Below are positions 47,653 to 58,358 of a DNA stretch of 64,000 bases, piece by piece. The notes beneath the pieces are model-generated. The model had not been told where the DNA came from and made no database searches. It saw nothing but the letters and a program-made list of their open reading frames with translations. Positions within the stretch are counted from its first letter, which is position 1; every line of letters starts with the position of its first letter. A program made the translations under genes and the position numbers. Source of the DNA: Candidatus Hodarchaeota archaeon (lineage in GTDB: Archaea; Asgardarchaeota; Heimdallarchaeia; Hodarchaeales; Hodarchaeaceae). Location of the stretch: NCBI GenBank assembly GCA_016839815.1, contig JAEOTM010000057.1, positions 1 to 64,000 of the forward strand, written 5' to 3'.

Positions 47653-48471
47653 TTACTTTGGTTTGGTAGCTTTTAAAGAAAACATTAGGGGAATCTTCTG
47701 AAATTTGTCAGGTAGGTGCCACCACCCCTCTCTTTCTTCCAGAAAAGGATACATTTCCCAAGAAATAAATGGAAATTCATGAATAAATTCAATCTGCAGG
47801 CCAGCATCTATTAAATTATTCACAATATATCCTAAATCATGTACCCAACCATATTCTCTAGTATTTTTTATTTTAACATCTCCACTCGCATAGGAGGAAT
47901 CATAATCAAATGCTAAAGGTTCATCTTGATGAAAATAAGGATATCGAACCCGTAGTTCTGATTCATGTTCATCATCGAAAATTAACGCAGTAGGATGGCC
48001 TTCAGCAATATAAAAGAAACCACCTGGCTTTAAGTAATATGCAATCATTTCAGCCCATTTCTTCAACTCTGGAAGCCAATAAATTGCCCCATGACTTGTG
48101 AACACAATATCAAACGACTCTTTAGTAAGGTCTGTCTGATCTAATTTTTGTATTTCTGTTTGAATAAAGGTAGCATTGATCTCTAGTTCTTTACTGAGCT
48201 CTGAAGCTAGTCTGATCGCATTAGAGGAGAAATCAACACCTGTTACACTCGCTCCAAGTCTTGCCCAAGATAATGTGTCTTTTCCAAAATGACATTGGAA
48301 ATGTAATAATTTTTTTCCTTCTACATCTCCAACTTCTTTAACTTCCAAATCACTAATTGATATCCCTCCTTCTCGGAATTTCTTAATGTTATAAAATTCA
48401 CTATCAAAATGAACTTCCGCGAGTTCTTCCCATCGTTTTTTATTCTCTTGAATGTAGTCTTTCATAACCAT
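47653..48471 (-). CDS. Class I SAM-dependent methyltransferase
   Basis: LHFQCHFGKD, GVDFS, FDIVFTS, LKPGG. Confidence 0.92.
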   Translation of the reverse strand: MVMKDYIQENKKRWEELAEVHFDSEFYNIKKFREGGISISDLEVKEVGDVEGKKLLHFQCHFGKDTLSWARLGASVTGVDFSSNAIRLASELSKELEINATFIQTEIQKLDQTDLTKESFDIVFTSHGAIYWLPELKKWAEMIAYYLKPGGFFYIAEGHPTALIFDDEHESELRVRYPYFHQDEPLAFDYDSSYASGDVKIKNTREYGWVHDLGYIVNNLIDAGLQIEFIHEFPFISWEMYPFLEEREGWWHLPDKFQKIPLMFSLKATKPK

Positions 48472-48498
48472 TCTCCAAAAATTTTTTCTCTTTTGTCA

Positions 48499-49053
48499 CT
48501 AAAGGATAGGTTTCAATTTGTGATTAAATTTCTGACGGATCTTTGATATTTTAGGTGATATAACAAACGAGCAATAGGCTTGTGTAGGATTATTTTTGTA
48601 ATAATCTTGATGATAATCCTCGGCAGGATAGAAAATGTTAAATGGAGTTAATTCTGTGACAATTGGATCCTTCCAAATCTTTTTTTGTTCTAGAGATTTG
48701 ATTGCATATGCAGCCTCTTCCCATTGACTATCAGAATGAAAAAAAATCACTGATCGATACTGTGTTCCAATATCATTTCCTTGTCTATTGAGCTGTGTGG
48801 GATCATGTATAGCAAAGAAGATTTCTAAGATTTCATTAAAGGAAATAACTTTTGGATCAAACGAAATTTGTACAACTTCCGCATGACCCGTTGTCCCTGT
48901 GCATACTTGTTCATATGTAGGGTTATTAACTTTCCCACCCGAATAACCAGAAATTACCTTGGTAACTCCTTGAATTTCCGAAAAAATTGCTTCAAGACAC
49001 CAAAAACAACCTCCTCCCAGAATAGCTACTGATTTAGATCCATCGGTGGGCAT
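48499..49053 (-). CDS. msrA: Methionine-S-sulfoxide reductase
   Basis: GGGCFWC, GHAEVV, HDPT, AEDYHQ. Confidence 0.96.
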   Translation of the reverse strand: MPTDGSKSVAILGGGCFWCLEAIFSEIQGVTKVISGYSGGKVNNPTYEQVCTGTTGHAEVVQISFDPKVISFNEILEIFFAIHDPTQLNRQGNDIGTQYRSVIFFHSDSQWEEAAYAIKSLEQKKIWKDPIVTELTPFNIFYPAEDYHQDYYKNNPTQAYCSFVISPKISKIRQKFNHKLKPIL

Positions 49054-49145
49054 ACCAATTCACTTCTTGCTATATGAATCAGTAATTCATATGTGTAAAT
49101 CCAATTTTCTCCGATTTTCATATTTCTTGTATCTTTACGGAATCA

Positions 49146-50117
49146 TTACTCTATCGCAACAACTATTCTCCCCTTAGCATGACCTGTTTCGTAATGTCGA
49201 TGAGCATCAGCAATTTGATGTAAGGGATACACTTTGTCAATGACTGATTTGATCTTGCCTTTTTCAATCCATTCCCTTAGCAAATTAAGATCATCAAAAT
49301 TTCCCAACATCCCTGATTTAATTTTCTTGTTAGTAAATTTACTAGTAATCATTTGAAGTAGGTGCTTTTTTGGGTTATAAAAATCAACAGTTATGTAAAC
49401 TCCTTTTTCTGTTAGAGAATTCTTACACTTTGAGAATGTACTTTTTCCAACAGCATCGAATATAGTATCATAGACTTGACCATTTTTAGTGAAATCCTCT
49501 TCTCTATAATCAATTACATAATCTGCACCAAGGTCTTTTACCATACTCAGATTACTTGTCCCACATACACCAGTAACTTCAGTTTCATATACATGTTTAG
49601 CAATTTGTACAGCAAGAGTACCAATTCCACCTGAAGCACCATTGATAAGAATAGTTTGACCTGGCTTAATTTTCGCCAAATCTTTAAGAGCAGCTAATGC
49701 AGGTATCGCACCACCGACTACTGAGGCAGCTTCTTGAAAACTCATGTTGGAGGGTTTTATGGCTAACTCCGCATTGGCGGAAATAGTCATATATTCAGCA
49801 CACGCACCACCTTTCTTGGAAAGTCCATAAACCTGATCACCTTTCTTGTAATTTGTCACTTTATTCCCTACAGAAACAATTTCACCCGAAAAATCTAACC
49901 CTGGGATCTTCACTCGCGGTTTACGGATTCCGCTCATGAATATTCTATCAATTCCTGAAAGTACCTTTCTTCCACTTCGAAACGTAATATCCATCGCTTG
50001 CATTGCTGATGCATAATTTCTTATTAGCACTTCATTCTCTTTGGGGGTTGGTTTCTCTAAATCCTTTATTTTTAAAACTTCAGGAGGACCAAAATTTTCA
50101 CAAACTATACCTTTCAT
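49146..50117 (-). CDS. MDR-family NAD(P)-dependent oxidoreductase (zinc-independent)
   Basis: GLDFSG, NGASGGIG, GADYVIDY, GHAKGRIV. Confidence 0.9.
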   Translation of the reverse strand: MKGIVCENFGPPEVLKIKDLEKPTPKENEVLIRNYASAMQAMDITFRSGRKVLSGIDRIFMSGIRKPRVKIPGLDFSGEIVSVGNKVTNYKKGDQVYGLSKKGGACAEYMTISANAELAIKPSNMSFQEAASVVGGAIPALAALKDLAKIKPGQTILINGASGGIGTLAVQIAKHVYETEVTGVCGTSNLSMVKDLGADYVIDYREEDFTKNGQVYDTIFDAVGKSTFSKCKNSLTEKGVYITVDFYNPKKHLLQMITSKFTNKKIKSGMLGNFDDLNLLREWIEKGKIKSVIDKVYPLHQIADAHRHYETGHAKGRIVVAIE

Positions 50118-50119
50118 TT

Positions 50120-50863
50120 TTATTCTTCTCCTATCGTTTTTCCTTTCAGTTGTTTACTTCTTAAAAATATAGCTATCAAATCTAAGGTATTTGTAACAAT
50201 CGTTTCTTCTTCCAAACCAATTCTCTTTAACATTGGTTTATTTAAATCCATTCCAAAAACTATTCCAGAAATCATCACATAAAGATGATTAACAGCCTGT
50301 TCAGCTTCTAGTTCATTGTCGATACTACCATCCTTTTTTCCATTTTTAACAGCTCTGATCCATAATTCAGCGTTTTTAGCAAGTCCTATATAGAAATTTA
50401 TCATGTTAAGTTCTTCTAAATAACTAACCACTTTTTCTGTTTTTCTAGTTCCCTTACTTTCAACGACATACTCATGTATATCTTCGATGGGTATATCTTT
50501 ATCAGTAATGTACTTATAGAACTCTGCTAATATAGAAAAGAATACTAGCATCTCACGTCTTCCTTTGAAAGAATTATCACAAAAGAATAATAGTTGTTCA
50601 ATACCAGTTAATTGAGAGGGAAAATTATTTTCAGTGTATTCATTCGCATCTTGAAGTATTTGTGCACCTAAACCAAAAAAAATGTCATTCTTGTTTTTAA
50701 AATAATTATATATCGTTTTTCTACTTACAAATGCTTCTTCGGCGATATCCTCTACTGTGACATCATTAATTTGTTTTTCTAAGAGAAGTTCATGTGTAAC
50801 TTTCAGGATTTCCATTCCAGTCCTTTCTTTTTTTCTATTACGTAACTTTTGTTTCTTTGACAC
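50120..50863 (-). CDS. TetR/AcrR family regulator
   Basis: VTVEDIAEEAFVSRKTIYNYFKNK; GTG at 50863 follows GAGGA (ORF track uses TTG 50884). Confidence 0.9.
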   Translation of the reverse strand: MSKKQKLRNRKKERTGMEILKVTHELLLEKQINDVTVEDIAEEAFVSRKTIYNYFKNKNDIFFGLGAQILQDANEYTENNFPSQLTGIEQLLFFCDNSFKGRREMLVFFSILAEFYKYITDKDIPIEDIHEYVVESKGTRKTEKVVSYLEELNMINFYIGLAKNAELWIRAVKNGKKDGSIDNELEAEQAVNHLYVMISGIVFGMDLNKPMLKRIGLEEETIVTNTLDLIAIFLRSKQLKGKTIGEE

Positions 50864-50893
50864 TGATTTTACTTCCTCTCGCAATTATAACAA

Positions 50894-50981
50894 TACAGTC
50901 AACGTAAAATTCACAGTATATATAAAGTTTCACATCCAAAGTATTTATATACTTATTGTGAAAATTTATACATGCCATGTA
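50894..50981. promoter_or_regulatory. Array of five TACA-N5-TGTA-like operator sites
   Basis: TACAGTCAACGTA 50894, CACAGTATATATA 50912, CACATCCAAAGTA 50931, TATACTTATTGTG 50948, perfect TACATGCCATGTA 50969; between divergent TetR and DUF4386 genes. Confidence 0.55.
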
Positions 50982-51008
50982 AACTTTGGTTTCAATTTGG
51001 TGAGTATC

Positions 51009-51671
51009 ATGAATGTTAATCAAACTTGGAAAAATTTGTATAAAGCAAGTGGGCTTTCTCTGTTCACATCTGCTTTAATTGTAATTATATTCGTACTATT
51101 TGTAATTGGTACGCAACAAACCCTTCCACTCCCTGCAGAGGAAACCCTTGAAGATCCTGTCTTTCCAATCGCTCTTTTCATTTTTGCCGTGATTGGAGAG
51201 ATGCTTTTGATGCTTGGAATGCTAGGGCTATACTCTTCTCTGAAAGATGATAACCAGACTTCCATGTTATTTGCAGCCACATTATGGATAACAGCAGTCA
51301 TCATGTTCCTAGTTTCCCGTGGTTTAATCATTACACTTCTTTCGGTAAGCGATATGTACATTTCTGCTGCGAGTGAAAGCATGAAAACCTCATATTTGGC
51401 ATTGGCCGAATATACAATAGAGTTACAAAACACTTTCGCAACAATGGCTTTAATTCTCCTTAATGCTGCAACTATAATTATAGGTTGGGTTATGCTGAAA
51501 ACAAAAATATTTGGTGAACGTTTAGGTTACTTGACTGTCATTGCTGGCATATATACTCTCTTTACGCCATTCCTAGTTATTATGGGTTTTCCTATACTGG
51601 GATTTATTGGCTTAGTGTTATCATTCGCTTGGCAAGCGTTTGCAGGTTTCAAACTCTATAAACTCGGTTAG
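51009..51671 (+). CDS. DUF4386-like membrane protein
   Basis: ATG at 51009 (ORF-track start 50757 overlaps TetR); about 6 TM helices, GFKLYKL end. Confidence 0.72.
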   Translation: MNVNQTWKNLYKASGLSLFTSALIVIIFVLFVIGTQQTLPLPAEETLEDPVFPIALFIFAVIGEMLLMLGMLGLYSSLKDDNQTSMLFAATLWITAVIMFLVSRGLIITLLSVSDMYISAASESMKTSYLALAEYTIELQNTFATMALILLNAATIIIGWVMLKTKIFGERLGYLTVIAGIYTLFTPFLVIMGFPILGFIGLVLSFAWQAFAGFKLYKLG

Positions 51672-51782
51672 GATATCTTCACCTTCTTTTTTTTATTTCC
51701 ATCTATGCTTCATATATCAAACTGTAAAAGAATTACCAGTTTCATTTCATATATAATCTAACTCAAAGTTTCCTCTCTAACT

Positions 51783-53681
51783 ATGAATTCTCTTCACGAA
51801 CCAGAGAAAAATCCAAATAACTTACATTCCGATCAAACCGCTGACTTAAAAACAGTTCTCATGATTGCTATTCCTTTTGGACTCTTCTTCAACTTTATTA
51901 ATTTGTACCTATCAATTTCCATGGGTTTCATCTCCATTGGTTTGGGGGGAATCTTTGCTTTGTTACTAGGGAAATTCATTCTTAGTAAGAAAGGAATTGA
52001 TAAACGATCAAATTTAACTCTTATTGCAATCGCCTTTGGTGCTAGCCTTTCAGCTGAAGCTAGTCGTACATTACTGTTTTTAATCTGGCTTGCATTGAAT
52101 GCGGATGGAATTGGTGATTTTGGTTTTGAACGTCCCTCCTGGTTACTCCCTGGAGATGAGATTATATCCAATACGATTATATTTAGCGATACTTGGATTC
52201 AACCTATCTTATTACATTGGTTTTTAATGCTTGTACCAGGTGTTATGGGTATCTTTCTTGGATTGTTGTTGAAAAATCGATTTATTCATGATGATGAAGA
52301 ATATCCATTCCCAGATCAGATAATCCAAACCGAAGTTATTAATGTGTTGACAGAACAAACTGAAAAATTACCTCTTTTCGCAAAATCTGCATTAATTGGA
52401 TTTATAGTGAGTGCAGGAACATTATTTCTAGGTTTTAGTTATATTGATATTTCTCAACCTCAGAATGGGTGGATCTTAGGACTATCACTTGGGATCATAG
52501 GAGTTGCTTTGTTTTCAGTTGGATTCATCATTAATAGACCAAAAATGACCTTCGCAGCAGGTATTGCGTCTATCTGTATCTATGGCCCTGTGTTAGGCCC
52601 ATTACTTTTGGAAAAGTCCCCTGAAGGAACTGAATTTTATACTTTTTTTGTCTCGGGGTTGGAGGATGTGTATTTATCATTTACGATTGGTTTTTTACTT
52701 GGAGCATTAATATTATCTGGGATTTTCTACTCTATAATCAAGAAGATCTTCCCTAAGTTAGTAAAAAATAACACATCGAAAAAAAATAACTCTATCGATT
52801 CTTGTTCTGAAACCTTAACCGATGAAGAGGAGAAGGATGAAATCGATACTCCTCAAATTTATACAGGTAAAGAGAGCAATTGGAAAGACACGATTCTCAC
52901 GGTGAGGACCCTAAACTTTATCTTGGTGTATGGTGTTTTACTCCTTCTGTGCGTTGCATTTGTGTATTACTTCAGAATTCTTGGAGATAATCTTCTTATA
53001 ACATTTTTAGTCGTGTTTTGGATAATGGGGATCGGTTCTGTAGTCACTTTCTACATATCTATCTCAAGTGCTGCAAAATCATCAACTTCTATCTCTCCTC
53101 CATTTATCTTCGATTTATTACCCATTTATCTTGTGGGTATTCGTAATAAGTATACACCATTTATAGCTACACCTGTACCAGAAATTCGAGAGGGAAGAAC
53201 TCTTGTGGTTGCATATAAATTGGCACAGATGACAAAAACTGATGACATATTTGTCCTAAAGACTTTCTTTGTGGGTTACCTTGCCGCAGCGATGACAACT
53301 CCCTTCTTTGCTTTGATTCTGTGGTCTACAATCGGTATTGGAACTCCAGAATTTCCTGCACCTACATTTCCGTTTGAAGCTGCTCTATTATCAGTGTTTG
53401 CATCAGGAGACATAGGCGCTGTCATTGAACTTGGTGAATTGTTACTAGGAGGTCTTTTGGGTATGTTGGCTGGGGCTAATATGGGATTAGGTTTTGTATT
53501 AGCCTTTTTCTTTCCTCCACACATGGCTATTCCCATTACCCTGGGAGGAGTGCTGAGAGTATTAGCAAACAAACAATATGGTATAGAAAAAGTGAAAGAT
53601 AAAGGAGTTACCATCTTGACAGGAGTTAGTGTAGGTGCAAGTGCAGTATTAATCCCCTTAGTAATACTAAGTCTCTTGTGA
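51783..53681 (+). CDS. OPT-family oligopeptide transporter-like membrane protein
   Basis: NLYL, YPFP, IGTPEFPAP, many TM helices. Confidence 0.75.
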   Translation: MNSLHEPEKNPNNLHSDQTADLKTVLMIAIPFGLFFNFINLYLSISMGFISIGLGGIFALLLGKFILSKKGIDKRSNLTLIAIAFGASLSAEASRTLLFLIWLALNADGIGDFGFERPSWLLPGDEIISNTIIFSDTWIQPILLHWFLMLVPGVMGIFLGLLLKNRFIHDDEEYPFPDQIIQTEVINVLTEQTEKLPLFAKSALIGFIVSAGTLFLGFSYIDISQPQNGWILGLSLGIIGVALFSVGFIINRPKMTFAAGIASICIYGPVLGPLLLEKSPEGTEFYTFFVSGLEDVYLSFTIGFLLGALILSGIFYSIIKKIFPKLVKNNTSKKNNSIDSCSETLTDEEEKDEIDTPQIYTGKESNWKDTILTVRTLNFILVYGVLLLLCVAFVYYFRILGDNLLITFLVVFWIMGIGSVVTFYISISSAAKSSTSISPPFIFDLLPIYLVGIRNKYTPFIATPVPEIREGRTLVVAYKLAQMTKTDDIFVLKTFFVGYLAAAMTTPFFALILWSTIGIGTPEFPAPTFPFEAALLSVFASGDIGAVIELGELLLGGLLGMLAGANMGLGFVLAFFFPPHMAIPITLGGVLRVLANKQYGIEKVKDKGVTILTGVSVGASAVLIPLVILSLL

Positions 53682-53726
53682 ATAATTTTATAGTTACAAC
53701 TGAGTAGAGGTGAGAGTCAATAGAAA

Positions 53727-54776
53727 GTGATTCTCATGCAGGAAAATACGATCCTTGAGCTATATGAGTCGATGTATCGCAGTCGGTATTTAGAGGAAAA
53801 AATTGCTCATCTTTGGTATGATGGACTTATTTATGGGGAAATGCATCTTGGTATTGGAGAAGAAGCAATCATTGCTGGGGTTATATCACACTTAATTCCA
53901 GGTGATGCCATTGCGACGGATCATCGGAGTACTCCACCATTTGTGATGAGAGGGGTTGACCTCAAAACCCTATTACTAGAGCTACTAGGACATCCTAAAG
54001 GATTATGTTTAGGATTGGGAGGACACATGCACTTATTTGATAAAGAACGTTTATTAACATCATCAGGAATTGTAGGATCATCTGGACCTTCCGCAGCGGG
54101 TTTTGCACTTGCTGCAAAATATAAGAAAACCAAAAATATTGCTGTGGCATTTTTTGGAGAGGGAAGTATGAATCAAGGAATGTTATTGGAATCAATGAAC
54201 CTTGCTGCTAGTATGCAACTTCCAGTGTTGTTCGTCTGTAAAGATAATAATTGGGCTATTACAACGCGTTCCAATGAGGTCACAGGTGGCGTGTTATTAG
54301 ATCGAGTACGAGGATTTGGTATAGAGGCAAGGGAAGTAGATGGTTCAGATGTGTCTGCAGTGTGGAAATCGGTTCAAACTGCTATTCCAAGGCTACGGAA
54401 TAATCCTAAGTCTCCCTATTTTATTCAAGCCTACTGTACTCACCACGAGGGTCATTTTCTAGGTGATCCACTGCTCAGGTTTCATCGTGCACCTAAAAAA
54501 GAATTTGGTGCAGTTACAGGTCCGCTAACAAGATCAATGCTCCATTATAAAGGAGGTCGCATAGATAAAAGGATTGGTAGTGTAACGAAAGTCCTTTCGT
54601 TGATTGCAAAGGCAAGATCACAGTTAAAAGAATCGAACGATCCGATACTACTCTTGGAAAATGAACAAAAAGCTCTTGGAGAGCAATTTGCACTAATAAA
54701 AACCAAGATCTCGACTGAGATCAATTCACTTATAGATGAAATAGAAGTGATGATACAGGAGGAAAGAGCATTATGA
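53727..54776 (+). CDS. TPP-dependent dehydrogenase E1 alpha (PdhA/AcoA family)
   Basis: HLGIGEEA, GGHMH, GEG..NQG...KDNNW TPP-binding motif, EGH..GDP. Confidence 0.9.
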   Translation: MILMQENTILELYESMYRSRYLEEKIAHLWYDGLIYGEMHLGIGEEAIIAGVISHLIPGDAIATDHRSTPPFVMRGVDLKTLLLELLGHPKGLCLGLGGHMHLFDKERLLTSSGIVGSSGPSAAGFALAAKYKKTKNIAVAFFGEGSMNQGMLLESMNLAASMQLPVLFVCKDNNWAITTRSNEVTGGVLLDRVRGFGIEAREVDGSDVSAVWKSVQTAIPRLRNNPKSPYFIQAYCTHHEGHFLGDPLLRFHRAPKKEFGAVTGPLTRSMLHYKGGRIDKRIGSVTKVLSLIAKARSQLKESNDPILLLENEQKALGEQFALIKTKISTEINSLIDEIEVMIQEERAL

Positions 54777-55789
54777 GGAAGATGAGTTTTGCAGATGCTA
54801 TAGAAAGTGCTCTAAAGCAAGTAATGAAGAATGATCCCAAAATTTTCCTCATAGGAGAAGATTTGCATACACTACGAGTTAATCTTTTAGCTCAATTTGG
54901 TAAAGAGCGAGTTATTTCCGCTCCCATTAGTGAAAGTGCATTTTTAGGTGCCGGAGTTACAGCTGCCATGGCAGGCCTTCATCCGATTGTAGAAATCATG
55001 TTAATTGATTTTATTGGGGTAGCTATTGATGCTTTACTCAATCATGCAGCAAAAATAAGGACTTTTTCAGGGAATAAGTGGAATGTTCCATTAGTAGTTC
55101 GAGCAAGTTGTGGGGGAGGTTATGGAGATGGTGGACAGCATGAACAATCATTATGGGGATGGCTTGCTCATATTCCTGGACTTAACGTTGTTGTACCATC
55201 TAATCCGTCCGATGCAGGAAGATTACTTCTTTCCGCGATAGAAGATGAAGATCCAGTTGTTTATCTCGAACACAAAATGCTCGCTGATTATTGGCTAGAT
55301 TACATGGGAACTGGAGGTCGAGAGAAGATAACTTTCAACGTTCCTGCATTGGGAGCATTTGGAGATGTTCCAGATAAATGGACAGCTCTTCCTATAGGTA
55401 AAGGAAAAGTTGTTCGAGAGGGATCAGACCTTTCATTGATTAGTCTAGGGGTCTCAGTACACAGATGTTTAGAAGTTGCTGAATTATTTGCAGAGAAAGG
55501 AGTTTCTATTGAAGTTATTGACCTATTATGGGTTTCACCTCTTGATAAAAGACTGATAATTAATTCTGTATCAAAAACCAAGCGGGTTATTGTAGTAGAT
55601 GAGGATTATTTGCAATTTGGATTATCAGGAGAAGTCGCAGCTGTCTTAGCCGAAGAACTTGAATTCAAATATCAATTTGGAAGGGTTTGCACCGAATATA
55701 CTATTCCTTTTAATCGAACCTTAGAAGACAATATCTTACCAAATGTAAATCGTATTCTCGAAGTTGCTAACGGATTCACATATGAATAA
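54773..55789 (+). CDS. TPP-dependent dehydrogenase E1 beta
   Basis: GED, PISESAFLG, GGQHEQ, EHK, EVIDL..SPLD. Confidence 0.92.
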   Translation: MRKMSFADAIESALKQVMKNDPKIFLIGEDLHTLRVNLLAQFGKERVISAPISESAFLGAGVTAAMAGLHPIVEIMLIDFIGVAIDALLNHAAKIRTFSGNKWNVPLVVRASCGGGYGDGGQHEQSLWGWLAHIPGLNVVVPSNPSDAGRLLLSAIEDEDPVVYLEHKMLADYWLDYMGTGGREKITFNVPALGAFGDVPDKWTALPIGKGKVVREGSDLSLISLGVSVHRCLEVAELFAEKGVSIEVIDLLWVSPLDKRLIINSVSKTKRVIVVDEDYLQFGLSGEVAAVLAEELEFKYQFGRVCTEYTIPFNRTLEDNILPNVNRILEVANGFTYE

Positions 55790-55825
55790 ATACAATGAAA
55801 GTAGGGATAGTTTGGGTGATTATGG

Positions 55826-56035
55826 TTGGAACCAATAGATTATGAAGCAGAATACGAAGAGATCAAGCGTGTTTTACAAGAACATGGAGGGGAATTAGAA
55901 TATCGTACACTAAATGAAATATTAGCCGATAAATTCGAAGGTATTCGTTTACGACTCAAAACGATGAAGGAAAAGGGATTTGTCGACTTTGAAGGTGTTG
56001 TACCATCCTTTGATTCAAAAATACGGTTAGTCTAA
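55826..56035 (+). CDS. Small hypothetical protein, winged-helix-like
   Basis: 69 aa after GGTGA; LQEHGGELEY..L...LKTMKEKGFV. Confidence 0.6.
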   Translation: MEPIDYEAEYEEIKRVLQEHGGELEYRTLNEILADKFEGIRLRLKTMKEKGFVDFEGVVPSFDSKIRLV

Positions 56036-56043
56036 CAAAAAAA

Positions 56044-57072
56044 TTATAGACTTGGCTCCTCTGAAATTTTTATTATGAGTTTACCTTTGTTGGAACCGTC
56101 AAAAAGTTTGTTGAGGGATTTAGGAGCATTTTCTAGCCCATCAATAATTTCTTCTCTGTAGTGCAATCTCCCTTTAGCATACCAACTGTACAAATTCTTA
56201 AATGCTTCATCCATTCGCTTAAAATAATCGGTAACAATGAATCCTGTCACTGTAGCCCGTTTAGTTAAGATATTAGGGAAATTGTATGGGCCTGGAACTC
56301 TTTCAGTCGCGTTGTACTGCGAAATGAGTCCACATAAGATTATTCGGGCATGGAGTCTTAAGTTTCCTAGGGCTGCATCCAGTATTTTCCCCCCAACGTT
56401 TGCGAAGAAAATGTCAATACCTTCGGGAGCTAATTCTTTCAAACGATTAAAAACTGACTCCGTCTTATAATTGATTGCAGCGTCAAATTCTAAGGTTTGA
56501 GTCAACCAATTGCATTTTTCTTCTGTTCCAGCAATTCCAATCACACGACAGTCTTGGATTTTACCTATTTGACCAACTAATGATCCAACTGCACCAGCAG
56601 CAGCAGAGATTACAAGGGTTTCTCCTTCCTTGGGTTTTCCAATATCCATTAGCCCAAAATATGCAGTTAAGCCAATCATTCCGAACAAATTCAGGTATGC
56701 AGACAGGGGAACATTAGAAAATGAAGGTATTTTGGTCATCCAACCTGATCCATCACTAACAAAATAATCTTGCCAGCCTAGTAATCCAGTAACTATATCT
56801 CCCGCTTTGAACTCAGCATTGTTACTTTCCTTAACTATTCCAAGTCCAATTCCTCTCATCACACTACCAAGTTTGACAGGAGGGACATATGTTTCAACAG
56901 GATTCATCCATCCCCTATTTGTCGGATCAAGGGATAAGTACAGGTTTTGAATCAGAAATTCTCCCGTTTTCAATTCTGGAATACTACTCTCTATCATATC
57001 AAAGTCTGATTCCTGTATTAAGCCAACTGGACGACTTCTCAAGAGCCATTGACGGTTGATGTCCTTAGTCAT
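56044..57072 (-). CDS. NADP-dependent alkenal/one oxidoreductase (PTGR/CurA family)
   Basis: YLSLDP..RGWM, GLTAYFG, AAAGAVGS, CGLISQYN. Confidence 0.93.
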   Translation of the reverse strand: MTKDINRQWLLRSRPVGLIQESDFDMIESSIPELKTGEFLIQNLYLSLDPTNRGWMNPVETYVPPVKLGSVMRGIGLGIVKESNNAEFKAGDIVTGLLGWQDYFVSDGSGWMTKIPSFSNVPLSAYLNLFGMIGLTAYFGLMDIGKPKEGETLVISAAAGAVGSLVGQIGKIQDCRVIGIAGTEEKCNWLTQTLEFDAAINYKTESVFNRLKELAPEGIDIFFANVGGKILDAALGNLRLHARIILCGLISQYNATERVPGPYNFPNILTKRATVTGFIVTDYFKRMDEAFKNLYSWYAKGRLHYREEIIDGLENAPKSLNKLFDGSNKGKLIIKISEEPSL

Positions 57073-57334
57073 ACTTCAATCTCCAATAAAATGGATATAA
57101 AGATAATCTAGCAATTCGACTATAATTCTTTTTTAAATTCACTTCGTAGAATGACATCCCGTAATTTTAGGTAATTAAGTAATTTCCGCATATTTTCTTC
57201 AAAAAAATCAGTAGAGGAATTTAAAGGATTAAACGAACCAAACTCTTTTATTGTTCTTAACTTACCAGAAAGTAAGTTGAGTTTTTAAAAAGAAATATAG
57301 AGATAGGAGAGAATGAATAATACCAATGTAAAAA

Positions 57335-57928
57335 TTGAGGAGAATAGACTTGGTTAAAAAAATAACTCGTATCAGTTTTATCGGGCTCTTCGGAGCTTTT
57401 ATAATCTTAATTGGGGGAATCTTTGTCATCCAAGCAACTTCATCACCCTATCAGCTTAATTATCAATCAGCTTCCCAATCAGTGGAACAAGATGCATGCT
57501 GTGGACATACAGATACCACAGAACCTGTAATAAGACTTATTACACCTGGAAATAATTCAGTTCTTCTAGCTGATTATGTAATTGCATTTGAAATAACAGA
57601 TGACAATCCTATGGATGATTTACTGCCTACAGAAGTACTATTTAATTGGGATGGCAGTAGTAATATCACACTAAACGCTCCATACAATATTAGTATGACA
57701 GGTACCGATGGGGAACATGTATTGAATATTTTCGCAACGGATGCAAAAGAAAATTGGGCTGGAGCAAAATTTATTTTTACAACCACCTCTGATCCAGATG
57801 CAGTTGTGATAATAGGAGTAGATTATACAAAAACAACAATCCCACGAAGATCAGATGGATTTCTTTTTCTAACAACATTTTCCGTGCTTATTCTTGGTGT
57901 GATGTTTTTAACAAAAAGAAAACTTTGA
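57335..57928 (+). CDS. Cell-surface protein with CCGH motif and C-terminal sorting-like signal
   Basis: N-terminal TM/signal, DACCGH, beta-rich domain, SDGF-TM-KRK end. Confidence 0.7.
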   Translation: MRRIDLVKKITRISFIGLFGAFIILIGGIFVIQATSSPYQLNYQSASQSVEQDACCGHTDTTEPVIRLITPGNNSVLLADYVIAFEITDDNPMDDLLPTEVLFNWDGSSNITLNAPYNISMTGTDGEHVLNIFATDAKENWAGAKFIFTTTSDPDAVVIIGVDYTKTTIPRRSDGFLFLTTFSVLILGVMFLTKRKL

Positions 57929-58358
57929 ACTGTATCAAATCTCATGTCAATAGTGAATTAGCAATAGTTAATTCACTTTGATCCCTTTTTCCTCAAATAT
58001 CTTGTATCTTTTCCTTGATTTATAGAAAGAAAAACATCTAAGACATGATAATTCTTTAATAAATCCAAAGAAACCACATATACTACAGAAAACGAAATAT
58101 ACATTTGTTAGAATGCGAAATAGTAAAGAAAGTAATTTTTCGTAGATTGCCTCCCCTTTTTCAACTTTACAGCCTAATTCATCGGAAGTTGTCCAAAAGT
58201 TATCGGGTTGGTTAAAGCATAGGAAAATTAATAAAGCTGGTTTTCTCCTAGATTGGAGCTGTGTTTGCTAGTGAAATTCTGTTTAAACTGGCAACATTTT
58301 AAAAAAATACAAGGAAGAAGATTCTGGTGAATCTTTTTCTCTAATGGCGGTATTTTGA

